In this document: positions 1 through 12,246 of the stretch, one piece after another
Position numbering within the stretch: the stretch's first letter is position 1
Layout: every line of letters begins with the position of its first letter
Assembly (NCBI RefSeq): GCF_001194135.2
Contig: NC_068983.1
Span: 72,556,093 to 72,601,811 of the forward strand
Reading direction: 5' to 3'
Length of the DNA: 45,719 nt
Source: Octopus bimaculoides
Lineage: Eukaryota
The notes under the pieces: model-generated
Databases searched by the model: none
Seen by the model: the letters and a program-made list of their open reading frames with translations, nothing else
What the model was told of the DNA's origin: nothing
Program-made: the position numbers and the translations under genes

Positions 1-184
1 CATACAAAGCTTTATACTTTAAATATATTTTATCATCAAAGAATGTATATATGCATTTTAATACTCAAACTGTTTTTTAACATTTTTTATTATTCTCAAA
101 GACTTTTGATAATCTTTTTCTAAAAAAGTGAAACCGGTTAAGTAAATAAATATTTTTAAAAAATAAGTGCATTTTCAAACCTTC

Positions 185-188
<4 letters not shown>

Positions 189-224
<36 letters not shown>
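189..224. repeat. (TA)n microsatellite
   Basis: Perfect TA run. Confidence 0.95.
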
Positions 225-226
<2 letters not shown>

Positions 227-454
227 CCTTCTATCCTTCATTCTTTCTTTCCTGATCTATCATATTCTATTATATTTCTGTGAATGTATGTATCTGCCTA
301 TTTTAATATTTAAACCAAGTAATTAAAGAAAAAAAACCTGAATAATTGCAGAGCACCAGCATAGACTCAGCTTTTGAGCTGCAACACATAAAAGGTAAAA
401 GTAACACCCACAGCTACTTGCAAAGGTTATTTCACTTTGTTTTAACTATGTATC

Positions 455-676
455 ATTGCCAGTATCGCCTGACTGGCCTTCGTGCAGGTGACACGTAAAA
501 GCACCTACTACACTCTCTGAGTGGTTGGCGTTAGGAAGGGCATCCAGCTGTAGAAACTCTGCCAAATTTAGATTGGAGCCTGGTGTTGCCATCCGGTTTC
601 ACCAGTCCACAGTCAAATCGTCCAACCCATGCTAGCATGGAAAGCGGACGTTAAACGATGATGATGATGATGATGA
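455..676 (+). mobile_element. Family C short retroposon, RTE-type, (GAT)n tail
   Basis: GGCGTTAGGAAGGGCATCCAGCTGTAGAAAC...CCAACCCATGCTAGCATGGAAAGCGGACGTTAAAC(GAT)n; near-identical copies at 30273, 35460, 42733 and 9223. RTE affiliation is inferred from the tail type. Confidence 0.85.
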
Positions 677-699
677 TATATATATATATGATGATAATG

Positions 700-993
700 G
701 AGTCTCCCGTCGTTAGATGACGTATGAGGGTTCGACAATTTCTTACTGAACACAGATGGTTTGTTTATAGTGATCAAATGTTTGTGTAGGTATAAGCTCA
801 TTCCCTCCATCAAATCGACATTACTTGTACAGGTGCAACTGGGTGTCACATGTCAGATGTCAAAATGATCGCAGAGCAATGTGAAATGAAGTGCTCCGCT
901 CAAGAACACAATGTAATGCCCAATCCGGGAATCAAACCCACGATCCCGCAATCGTGAGAGCAACACCCTAACCACTAAGCTATGTGCCTTCAC
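700..993 (-). mobile_element. tRNA-derived SINE (family D)
   Basis: Minus strand reads GTGAAGGCACATAGCTTAGTGGTTAGG (A box) ... GGGTTTGATTCCC (B box); head is homologous to the copies at 9797 and 42155. Confidence 0.75.
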
Positions 994-2689
994 ATATAAA
1001 TACAACAATCCAGCTTTCTATTTTCTATTCATCAATGAATCTATCTATCCACATAGATACATCAGTAGATTGGAGATATAGAAACAATTGAACATTAAAA
1101 CCTGTAACAACATCTAAACTTTACATTAATATTGTCTGTCAAAATATTCTATTATATGATGTTTAAAATCATGTAACTGCTTTCCACTCCTAAATTCCTT
1201 TCGGTCAACACTCACTCACACACTCTCTCCTTCTCTTCACCTTTCATTTCAACTATAGTACATGCCTCTACACTTAAAATGCTTCTCTCTCTCTCCCTCT
1301 CTCTCTCTCTCTCTACCATTTTCATCAACTAACTAACCACACAACATAATAGCAACTACCTTTCTCCTAGCTCTCAGCATTAACACTCTTTCCTCTCTTT
1401 TTTCACCTCTCTCTTGAACTAACCACAGGACAGTGTCACACATTCAGCCTTAGCATATTGATATATAGATTATAAGAGACAGATAAGCTTTAATTAAAAA
1501 TAAAGGCTCCTAATTCAAACCCAACCTGGTCTTATGTTTATGTCCAAGAATAAGATACCTGATGATGACTGAAGAACAAACCAATCAAAATGTAGGGTAA
1601 ATGTAAATACTAAAAAAAATCTTCTATAGCTGAAGTTAATAGTTACCTCCACAAAAAAAGGAAAAAAATTATTGTCTTATTTGCAACAACACTGATCTCG
1701 GATATTTAGACATTATATTTGAATAGTCCCTGGCCTATTGTGTATAGATACACACTCTCACGAAGTCACATAGAAACAAAAATTCACATGAAGACAGATA
1801 TTTCAAATAAAGTATATGTGTTTAAAGAGATGTACAAGTGTATGCGTGCATAGTTAATGAGCTAGTGACTTTCCAAAAGTACCTCTATGTACTTGAATTC
1901 AGTGCATCTGCTTAACCTTGGCTATATAGTTGAAAAATGAAAACTATTATTATTAATAGATATCTATACATGCACACATAAATAAAGTAAATGGAGGTCT
2001 ATCAGTTTTGACAATGAATATTCAGATGTTCAATCAACATGATTACCTGCTCATTGAATTAGCATTAAGTGGTCGAGTATTCCATACACTAATGCATCCT
2101 TAACATAACTCTCAGGTAGCATTAGCATGACACAGTGTGTACAATCTATCCAATAAGCTTCTACATAGTTTCCATTTATCTAATTTCACTCATGAGGCTC
2201 GGGTTAAACAAATGTTAGAGAGAAAGACACTTGACCAAAATGCCACTGAGTTGGAGCAAACCCAGAACCTCATGACAATGAGACAGAATTCTGAACCAGC
2301 CGATTCTGCTGCATCCGCAAGTATGCACACAACACACTCACAACACACTCACAACACACATACTTACTTGTTCTTTTACAGGTTTCAGTCATTGAACTGA
2401 AGCTGTAATGATAATATGTAACAAATAAATGACAGGAATAAAAATTATTAGCAGTTGATATGGCCTGTATTTTATTGTTACAATGTACGATACTTCTTTG
2501 AGCTGTTGTTATTCACTTATTAGTTTTAGTTGACTGCTTGCAGGAAGGACAGAAGAAGGAGAGAGAAAGGGCAAAAGAATTTACTTCTCTGTGTTGACAA
2601 GTAGAGACAGTGAAAGTTGTGTAGTTCCATGGGGTCAAGCAAAAGAAGTAGAACTGAATTTGGGTTCTGTATTTATATTTTTTATAACT

Positions 2690-3086
2690 AGGTGCAGGAG
2701 TGCCTGTGTGGTAAGTAGCTTGCTTACCAACCACATGGTTCCGGGTTCAGTCCCACTGCATGGCACCTTGGGCAAGTGTCTTCTACTATAGCCTCGGGCC
2801 GACCAAAGCCTTGTGAGTGGATTTGGTAGATGGAAACTGAAAGAAGCCCATCGTATATATATGTATGTGTGTTTGTGTGTCTGTGTTTGTCCTCCCACCA
2901 TCACTTGGCAACCGATGCTGGTGTGTTTAGGTCCCCCATAACTTAGCGGTTCAGCAAAAAGAGACCGATAGAATAAGTACTAGGCTTACAAAGAATAAGT
3001 CCTGGGGTCGATTTGCTCGACTAAAGGTGGTGCTCCAGCATGGCCACAGTCAAATGACTGAAACAAGTAAAAGAGTAAAAGAGTAA
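2690..3086 (+). mobile_element. tRNA-derived SINE (family B), full length
   Basis: Head GTGGTAAG...GGGTTCAGTCCC, CORE-like ACCTTGGGCAAGT, internal (TG)n linker, GACTGAAACAAGTAAAAGA tail; many homologous copies in the window. Confidence 0.85.
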
Positions 3087-4979
3087 ATTAGGTTAAGCAA
3101 AACAAAGGATTTTTCATTCGTCATCTACCTTGACCTAAGTTTGACTCAACAGGTTACAGGTTACTGTGCTTTAGTATGGCTTTGTAGTGAATAGCTTCCA
3201 AGATTCTTAGCCAAGATTTGAAACCCTAGCATTTCAAATCTTGGCAGCTATTCACTAAAAAGCCCTATTAAAGCACTGCCTTCAAGGATTTAGCTGATCA
3301 TGTCAACCCAGTACTTATTTTATTTTGATCGTTATTTTGTCATTTCCTATTTCTCAAAACATCTAATTATCTAACATAAATAGACATGACAAGAACCCAA
3401 TCATACAAATACACAGTGAATGGTAGGCTTCAGGTTTTGCATCTTTCCATCTACGAAATTTCACTCACGAAGCATTGATCAATATGAAACTATAGTAGAT
3501 GTAACTTACACTAAGAGCTGTCCAATGAGATCAAATCCAGAACCACATAGTTGCAAAGCAAACTTTTTAACTATGAAGCTAAGAGTTATTTGAGCGTCCA
3601 AGAAATGCCCTGAGTCATTCATTCTGACTCTATATTCCAGGTTCCAATCACTCTGAGGTAAACTTTACTTTTCAGTCAAATACTGGGGTCAGTAATATTG
3701 ACTAACCCCTCCCACTAAAAGTTTCTGGACTTGTGCCTATGCTAGAAACAATTATTTCATTTTACATTTCAGAAACAAGATAAGAAAAATTGTTCTAACT
3801 GCCATTGTTTCATTTGATTTATATTGTATTAATAAACTTTAAAAAAGCAATAGAATCTTTCACTGAAAAATGGTAAACCCTTATATGACAATATTCACAA
3901 TGAAATACATTTACTATGTTTCAATTCATTTTGAAAAAAATCTAAGGAACTAGTGGGGGGGGGGGTTAAGGAAAAAGAAAACTTTTTTGTAATTCTGCTG
4001 ATATTTGAAACACTACTAAATATAAGATTCTTCCATAAAATAATGATGGAAAGTTTCAAGTGAAATATGAAAATTGTAAAATAGATGTTTGTTGTTTAAT
4101 CTCAGGTCCATGACTGTTCCATCTGTTTGCATGCCTGAGACTATATTGTTCAATGTGCCTTTTCTTCTCTAGGACAAGTGTGATTTGAGGAAGATTTGAC
4201 TGCTATTTCTAGTAAGTTGAATAGCCATGTATAGGTTTCACTGTTAAATGAGACTGCTTCTGATTCCAGGATACAAAACCTTTGACAGGAGTCAAAGGCA
4301 ATCTCAGACGACTTGATAATGAAAGTGTTTTGAATAAAATATTATTACAGAATAACCCACATTAGAGGTGATTCATCAGAATTAATATATTTGCAGTTCT
4401 GAAATTAAACATCAAATAGTTATTTAACATTAATGTAACATTTATGAACAGCACCATCACCAAATCAGAAGAGAAAAAAAAAAGAACAAAATTAAAAAAT
4501 GTCAGTTTTATAATTAATGAAAATCTGAAGCCATACTTAATCCAAACACTTAGAGAGTCAAATAAAGGCAGTCAGCTGACTTGTGCAGATAGTAATGTAT
4601 ATACACAAACACACACACAAATAAACATACATGAAATAAACAGTAATTCTTATTTCTTATCTGTTTGACAAAAATCCAACCCCCACTGCAGATATAAAGA
4701 GAGCAGGTGCTATCTGTGAAATACTGTGTAGTAGTTGTTTGTCTATAGAGGAACAGTTGTGATCAGATTAGTATTTTCTCAGTTACAATTCAAAATATGC
4801 GAAAGTTTAATAAACATGAAATGACTCAATACATGTGAACAGTTGGCCATTGTCAAACAAAATATGAACAGAATGGATTTCAACTAACAGCTCCTCAAAA
4901 AAGGCAGCACATACTAAAAGAAGCAAACAATTAGTTAATGGTCTGAGAAATTTTAAGTCAACAGATGACTAGTTATATT

Positions 4980-5193
4980 TTTCTCTACTCTAGGCACAAG
5001 GCCCAGAATTTTTAGGGACAGAGCCAGGGTATTAGATCGACCCCAGTATGCAACTGGTACTTAATTTATCAACCCTGACAGGATAAAAAGCAAAGTCAAC
5101 CTTGGCGGAATTTGAACTCAGAATGTAAAGACACACGAAATAGCGCTAAGCATTTCACCCAGTGTGCTAACATTTCTGCCAGCACACTGCCTT
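4980..5193 (-). mobile_element. tRNA-derived SINE (family A) with 17-bp target-site duplication
   Basis: AGATGACTAGTTATATT at 4963-4979 and 5194-5210; B-box-like GAGTTCAAATTCC on the minus strand; homologous to the copies at 11358, 11575, 21439 and 24120. Confidence 0.9.
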
Positions 5194-6038
5194 AGATGAC
5201 TAGTTATATTGTACTGATACTGGTTGGAGAAAAAAAAAAACAAGAATTGTGTAAGAAGGTAGTGGAACGAATAAATGAAAAGAACACAGAAATGAAGTGT
5301 AAATTTTCAACACAAGTCTTTGCCTTTGTCAATCTTACTTTTGACACAGGAACTACTCAAGAACAATAACAAATGACTCGAGAAAACATCCAGCAACAAC
5401 AATTTATTTCTAAATTATTTATTTATTTAATGATTTCTTTATGATGATGATTTCTTGACAATAACAATAACTGTTGTTAAGATTCAAAATGGATTTTGTA
5501 TTATCCACCTACTCACATGAACATACTTTGAAACTTATTTTTCCTATTTTACCATCAGCACCATTAATTAAATATACATTAATTTCTAGCAGAAATAATA
5601 AAGAGAAAACAAGAAATACAAAGGGAATGATTTTAAGCTTTCATTTTAATTCATTACCATCTTAAGAATGAAAGCATGAGCCTGAGAAAAAAGAGGTGTT
5701 GGTCATGGCTGGAATGCCTTTGATCATCGGTTTGCTTGATCAGGGTTAACCTAAGCTAACCAACCATAGTAGAAGCTACAGGCTTCAAGGACCTTTGTGA
5801 TTTTTTTTATCGTTTATCTTTTTACTTGATTCAATCATTGGATGGCAGCCATGCTAGGGTACCACATTGAAGGGTTTTAATTGAACAAATCAACCTTGGG
5901 ACTTCTTTCTTTTTTTTTTAAGAGTCTGGTACTTACTGTATTGGTCTCATTTGCTGAACTGCTAAATTACAGGGACGTCAACAAACCTACAAGCAATGGT
6001 GAGACAAACACAAACACAAAGACTGGTCATGGTTGGAT

Positions 6039-6092
6039 TATAGGTATGGTCATTAATATAGGTATGGTCTTGATTATAGGTATGGTCATTCA
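6039..6092. repeat. 18-bp minisatellite x3
   Basis: TATAGGTATGGTCATTAA / TATAGGTATGGTCTTGAT / TATAGGTATGGTCATTCA. Confidence 0.9.
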
Positions 6093-6649
6093 AAAATGAT
6101 CTGGGGTTCAATAGCAATAACAAGAATATCTGTTGGTTGAGAAGACCTTTGCCATAAAGATGGTCAGTAAAAAAGCCACATTTGGTCTTACACCCCATAT
6201 AGGTAATGCTCATAGAATGTATCAATGAGAGTATACCTTTATCATTCTAGTTATGACTAACCTAAATAGAACTGAGATCTTAAATAATGTATGGGAAACC
6301 TACAACACTTTTGATGGTATGTAGCCCTTTATGATTATTTTTATGATTATTTTGTATGTCACATGTAATATCATGATTACATAAATATAACATTTACCTA
6401 AAATTTTGGAACATATTATTTAGGTTTAACACTTAAGTTCATTTCTTTGCCTCTCTCATTTAATCAGGATTTTTCTTAATCAAGGTCTCATGGAACTGGG
6501 TGATTATCTGAATTATCAACTAGTGAAAATGTCCTAGATTTCATGATTGTTAAATCATTGCTCAAGTCATACAACCTGATTTATGCTGAGCAAAGCTTTA
6601 AAAGGCCTGCTGATAGAAAAAAAATGTTGTCCATGTTTATCTTAAACTT

Positions 6650-6822
6650 TCTGTTTTAAGGTGATCTAATTTAAAACTTTCCATCGAAATTCCATGCTAA
6701 TTTATGTTCCATATATCAGCTTAAGAAAGGCAGAGTTATTTTTTTAACTTCTTCATTAATTTCAAAATTAATTGAAACAAAGGCAATGTATTTCAACAGA
6801 AATATGGTAACAAAAGAGTTAA
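6650..6822. mobile_element. Putative piggyBac-like MITE end
   Basis: Ends ...TTTCAACAGAAATATGGTAACAAAAGAG-TTAA; a homologous end, also at TTAA, lies near 34283-34340. The inner boundary is approximate. Confidence 0.45.
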
Positions 6823-7829
6823 ACCATAAAGTTCTCATTTTAAACATGGTAGGGAAAGGGCCACTTGGATAGTCTGTGACAGAAGCACTTACAAAGATAG
6901 ATCAATGATGTATATATTATAAACTGAGCTGTACAGAAAGAATATATCATATACATTTATACAGTTGCATTGATACAATTTCAGGAAAAAAAAAAGCAAT
7001 GGTAAAGAAGATAAAAAAGAGAGCTAATGACCTGTCAACACAGAATGAATTAGCCTAAATTACCTCTGTTGGTAACAAAAAAAAAATGTCTATATTCAAG
7101 TAGGAAAGCATTAAATGTTTAAATGTCAAAATGAATTAAAAATATGAATTTAATGGAAATTTGTAAGAAAAACGAATTTTATATTAAAAGAAAATACTGA
7201 ACAGAAAACAATGTAATGGATAAATGATTGAAAATATAAATGCATGATTATCTTATTAGAAAAATAGGCGAAATGTTAATAGATAATTATGTCTTACAAA
7301 TAAAATTATCTTTGTGTTTTTCAAAATGTTTTTCAAAAACAAAATAATTTTATGACAAATCAAGAAAATAGTTCAAGAATAATTTATTTTCAAATAATTC
7401 TTTAGAGATCAGAAAATATCTTGATAAGAAAGCTATATCAAATTACAGGAAATAACCTCATGGGAAACAACAGATGGTATTGTGAAGAAGAAAAAAGAAT
7501 GGATATAAACCAAAACTAAAATTTAAGTACAAAACAGTAACAAAATATGGATGGACTGTGGTGATATTGTTTCAATATTCTTTTAATTATTCGTCAAAAC
7601 AATAACTAGACTTACCCTGAGTAATCAATAGCAATATGTGTCAAGGGTGCAAACAGGTAGAAATAAATATTATTTTTGTATAATTCAATGTATAATTATA
7701 CTGTGTGTGTCTGTATACACACACAAAGATATATACATATATACACTAAATATAAACAATCTCTCATGTTTTGTTTTCTATGTAAGTGCACATACACATA
7801 TTTCTGTATATATCTGTGTATGTAAGTGT

Positions 7830-7961
7830 GTGTGTATATACACACAAACATATATACACATATACATATGTATATATATATACACACATATATATATATA
7901 TATATACACACATATATATATATATATACACACACATATATATATATATATACACACACAC

Positions 7962-8042
<81 letters not shown>

Positions 8043-8043
8043 T
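7830..8043. repeat. Compound (TA)n/(CA)n microsatellite
   Basis: Alternating TA and CA blocks; source of the spurious ORFs at 7638-8144. Confidence 0.95.
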
Positions 8044-8387
8044 TCACATGTTTAAATATCCATACAAATATGTTTTGTTTTTCATATATGGATGACCGAG
8101 ATTCAATCTTTTATACACTGCAAGAATGGAAGATACTCAGCTGAAGGGTGCTTTTAACTTTCTTTGTCTTATAAGTTATTTGGCAACCTCACTAGTGCTT
8201 GTGTCACAAAAAAAGAAAATCACCCAGTACATACTGAAAAGTGGTTGGTGTTAAAAAGGGCATCCAACCATAAAAAAACCATGTCAGAACCAAACTGAAG
8301 TCCAGTACAGCCCTGCAGGTCATCAGATCCTGTCAAACCATCCAACCCAATATCACCATGAAGAAACAGACATTAAATCATGAAGCT

Positions 8388-8695
8388 TGCATCCAAACTA
8401 TAGGGTCTTGAGTTCACTCCCACTGCAAGGCACCTTGGCCAAGTATCTTCTACTATAGCCCCAGGCTTACATATTCTCACAGAACCCATTAAGTGAGCCT
8501 TTACATGGCTGTTCAATCTGCTCAAAATAGCAGCCAAATCTCCCTCAACTTGCATCCTTCCAATATTTATAAACAGAAAGAATACACTAAATAATGGAAT
8601 CCAAGACACACTCCTCAAAAGACAGCATGGTCAGTGCAGGAATACTTTTAGTCAGGGGTCTACTCACTCCAGATTAACCTAGGACTAAACAACAT
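8388..8695 (+). mobile_element. Degenerate SINE (B-like head, family E tail)
   Basis: GAGTTCACTCCC B box, CACCTTGGCCAAGT, then ATAGCAGCCAAATCTCCCTC and GGACTAAACAAC tail shared with 40920-41125 and 5690-5765. Confidence 0.6.
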
Positions 8696-9222
8696 ACACA
8701 CAATTCTGAACAAAAGTGTAACAAAAAATGAAAACTAATCCAATTTACTAGAACATGAAAAAACAGATGTTCTCTTCAATATATTTTCACATGGATTTAG
8801 AAATACATAGCTAACAGTTTGTTTATGCACTAATCTCTTATTTTTTTTAGATCTGGTTTAGTTTATGAGTTCCTTGTATAAATTTAATTGTATAGCTTTC
8901 ACTCACTAAGTCCATCGTAGAATTAAAACACTTCCTCTGAATATTTTTTCTTTATAATCCTAGCATTAGATACAATTATTAGAGAACCTTTAAGAATCAC
9001 TAAAAGTGATCTTAAGGGCAACCTCTAATCGTACACATACACACATAGATACTGTGTAGCTTGACTGGGTGTTTGTGTATGTGTGAATGTTTGCATGTTT
9101 GTGTGCATGTGTATATGCATGTACATTTGTATGCATCTGTGTACACATGCACACACATATATACACACACTCATACATACATACATACTATACATACATA
9201 CATACATACATACACACACATA

Positions 9223-9796
9223 CATCATCATCGTTTAACGTCTGCTTTCCATGCTAGCATGGGTTGGACGATTTGACTGAGGACTGGTGAACCAGATGGC
9301 TGCACCAGGCTCCAATCTGATTTGACAGAATTTCTACAGCTGGATGCCCTTCCTAACGCCAACCACTCTGAGAGTGTAGTGGGTGCTTTTATGTGCCATC
9401 GGCACGAAGGCCAGTCAGGTGGTACTGGCAACAGCCACGCTCAAAATGGTGTATTTTATGTGCCACCTGCACAGGAGCCAGTCCAGTGGCACTGGCAATG
9501 ATCTCGCTCAAATGTCTTTACACGTGCCACCAGCACAAGTGCCAGGAAGGCGACGCTGGGCACAGGTGCCATCACAATTTCGCTTTCGCTTGCTCCAACA
9601 GGTCGTCGCAAGTCAAGTTTCGTGTCCAATGAAGGAGACGACGTTGGCATAGGTGCCAGTTGTCGAATTTAGTTCAATTTCGATTTCACTTGCCTCAACA
9701 GGTCTTTGCAAGCAGGGTTTAGTGTTATCCAATGAAGGAAGGTACGCATAAGTGGGCTGGCTACACCCCTGACAGAGGCCTTGGATTTAGGTCTCA
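9223..9796 (-). mobile_element. Long form of family C retroposon
   Basis: (GAT)n tail at 9223, family C body, then about 400 bp of GC-richer 5' extension with internal repeats. Confidence 0.8.
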
Positions 9797-9916
9797 GTGA
9801 AGGAGCGTGGCCTAGTGGTTAGGATATTGCACTGATGGTTGCTAGATCATGGGTTCAATTTCTGGACTATGTAGTGTGTTGTATTCTTGAGCAAAACACT
9901 TCATTTCACATTGCTC
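9797..9916 (+). mobile_element. tRNA-derived SINE head (family D)
   Basis: GTGAAGGAGCGTGGCCTAGTGGTTAGG (A box), GGGTTCAATTTC (B box), CTTGAGCAAAACACTTCATTTCAC. Confidence 0.75.
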
Positions 9917-10150
9917 AAGTGAGTGGGAGAGTACTGTAAATGAGATGCTTTACAGTATATCTCCTGGCTTTCTAAATTCTGAGTTCAAATCCCACCTGCC
10001 TAGAGAAGGCAATGGGAAACCACTCCAGTATCCATCCCAAGTCTAGTCATGGATGGCTGTAGTTTCAGTAGTCTACTTCACAGTGGCAGGGGAGGGTACA
10101 GACCCTCTCAGATAATATAGAGTGCTGGAGAAGGTAGCATGCACAGGACC

Positions 10151-10240
10151 TGTCCAAGGGCAGATCACCACAAGACTTGACATACATATGTACATACATA
10201 TATATGTATGTCAAGTCTTGTGGTGGTCTGCCCTTGGGCA
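10151..10240. other. Near-perfect inverted repeat (35-38 bp stem, 14-nt loop)
   Basis: CCAAGGGCAGATCACCACAAGACTTGACATACATA (10154-10188) pairs with 10203-10237, with one G.T wobble. Confidence 0.95.
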
Positions 10241-10672
10241 AAAACTTGCTTTGCAACCATGTGCTTTCAGCTTCAGCCTTACTACATGACACTGAACAAT
10301 TGTCTTCTAGTATAGTCCCAGGCTGACTAATGCCTTGTAAGTATATTTGGTAGGTAGAAACTGCAAAAAAGCCCTCATATGTATGTAAGCATGTGTATAC
10401 ATATATGTAGACATGTACGTGTGTGTGTGCATGTGTGTGTGTGTGTATGTGTGCATGCACTTACTTTTTAATGTTAGTCTCTCATTAGTTGGTAACCAAT
10501 GTTACCTTATTTGCATCCAAGTAACTTAGTAATTTAGCAAAAAGTAACCGATAGAATAAGTACAGACTTAAAATAAGTATTGAGTTTGATTTGCAATCAA
10601 CTAAACACTTCAAAGCAGTACCCCAGCATGGCCACAGACCAATGACTGAAACAAGTAAATGAGTAAAAGAAT
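10238..10672 (+). mobile_element. Degenerate family B SINE
   Basis: Alignable to 2690-3086, including the TG linker and tail. Confidence 0.7.
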
Positions 10673-11315
10673 TTAAATTAAGACACAAAGCCAAGTCCAT
10701 GGTTTGATTCCACAGAACTAGTAACCACAGAAACTTTACCTCTTTCATTTATTATATAAATACTCCCTATCTTCAAGAAATGCAATAATATGCATGACTC
10801 TAACTTAAACTTCATTCTGAAACATCTTTTGGGGATTGTTAATTCATTCATAAAATTTAGAGATCTATATGTTGTTACTTAAGCAGATAATTTACAGCTG
10901 CATATGCTTTCTAACACAAACTAGCCATGTATAAAGTGTCAATGAAACTAATTTTCCATTCAGATAGGCTGCAATAAACACCATTTAACATCTACTTTTC
11001 CAGGCTTGTTCAGATCAGATGAGATTTCACAGAGGCAGAATTTTCTGTGACCAGATGCTTTTCTTGTTACCAGCCCTCACCAGTTTCGGAACAAAGCAAT
11101 ATTTCTGGTAATCTATCAAGCAACCAACAACATGAACATGCTTTCATGGAGGATTGCAAACAGATGATACTATTTGTATGAATCGTGATGCTTTGTTTAC
11201 ACTCGGAGCATATGCCTGGTGTACCCTTATCAGATAAGTAGTCATGATGGGTATACTGGGCTTCGTTTATTTGTACCCCAGTGTCATTTTGGTGGCATGT
11301 GCTGCTCTCTCACTC

Positions 11316-11357
<42 letters not shown>
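11316..11357. repeat. (AAT)n microsatellite / retroposon tail
   Basis: Perfect AAT run abutting the family A 3' end. Confidence 0.9.
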
Positions 11358-11569
11358 CCTCTCTACTATAGGCACAAGGCCTGACATTTTGAGGGAGGAT
11401 GCAAGTCAATTATATTGACTCCAGCGCTCAACTGGTACTTATTTTATTGACCCCAAAAGGACAAAAGCAAAGTTGACCTTGGTGGAATTTGAACTCAGAA
11501 CATAAAAACCAATGAAATACTGCTAAGCATTTTGTCTGACATGCTAATGATTCTGCTAATCTCCACCTT
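11358..11569 (-). mobile_element. Family A SINE
   Basis: Homologous to 4980-5193. Confidence 0.8.
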
Positions 11570-11574
11570 AGTAA

Positions 11575-11774
11575 CAATGATTTCAAATTTTGGCACAGGG
11601 CCAGCAGTTTTTGAGAGGAGAGGGAATTCACTTACATCAACCCCAGTACCTCACTGGTACTTATTTTATTGACTCTGAAAGGATAAAACGGCAAAGTCAA
11701 CTTCAGTTGAATCTTAAACTCAGAACATAAAAACAGACAAAATGCTGCTAAGCTAACGACTCTGCCAGATCACC
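11575..11774 (-). mobile_element. Family A SINE (tandem second copy)
   Basis: Homologous to 21439-21651. Confidence 0.75.
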
Positions 11775-12246
11775 AATTTCATAATAATAATAATCCAAAT
11801 AAATATAAAGGAATTGGCCTAAAGATTGTGAATTCTCCTCTAATAAACAATTAAGGAATACTTACAATCATTAAATTGAAGTTGTTATCATTGACAATTT
11901 TAGTTATAAATCTGTCAACTGTGTAGCACTTTACTCTAGTGCAGATCAAGCATTGCATTGCACAAAATCTTTGTGATTTTTAGGTTCAGATTTTCTAACA
12001 AAATTAATGTCATTAATAAAGACTGATGAAATAAGATTATTTAGCCAGAAAGCAAACAGAAAAAAAAAGGAACCCTTTAAATCTATAGTTGTCAAATAAT
12101 CACCAAAAATAGTTTTTGCATTAAAGAAATTAGATCCCTTACACACCTACAAGTCTTCTGAATAACAGTGAGTCTGAAACTGGAGAATAAATGAAGTCTT
12201 ATTAATAAATGTTCTGCTATTAAGACACCAGCCCAAACTTTGAAAG

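Noticed and set aside
2513-2904. Short ORFs
   Set aside because: Overlap family B SINE; the same peptides recur at other copies (34314-34804, 39825-40163).
6039-6092. Short direct-repeat array (CRISPR-like)
   Set aside because: Contiguous 18-bp units without spacers in eukaryotic DNA; a minisatellite.
7617-7700. Strong GTAAGT donor with upstream frame PLTHIAIDYSG
   Set aside because: No acceptable acceptor before an in-frame stop.
7638-8144. 168-aa ORF and overlapping ORFs
   Set aside because: Translation of TA/CA microsatellite (YI/HT/CV runs); the same applies to ORFs at 16429, 24237, 27213, 29042 and 35901-36207.
9383-9652. GC-richer ORFs in several frames
   Set aside because: Lie inside the family C retroposon extension; no protein motif.
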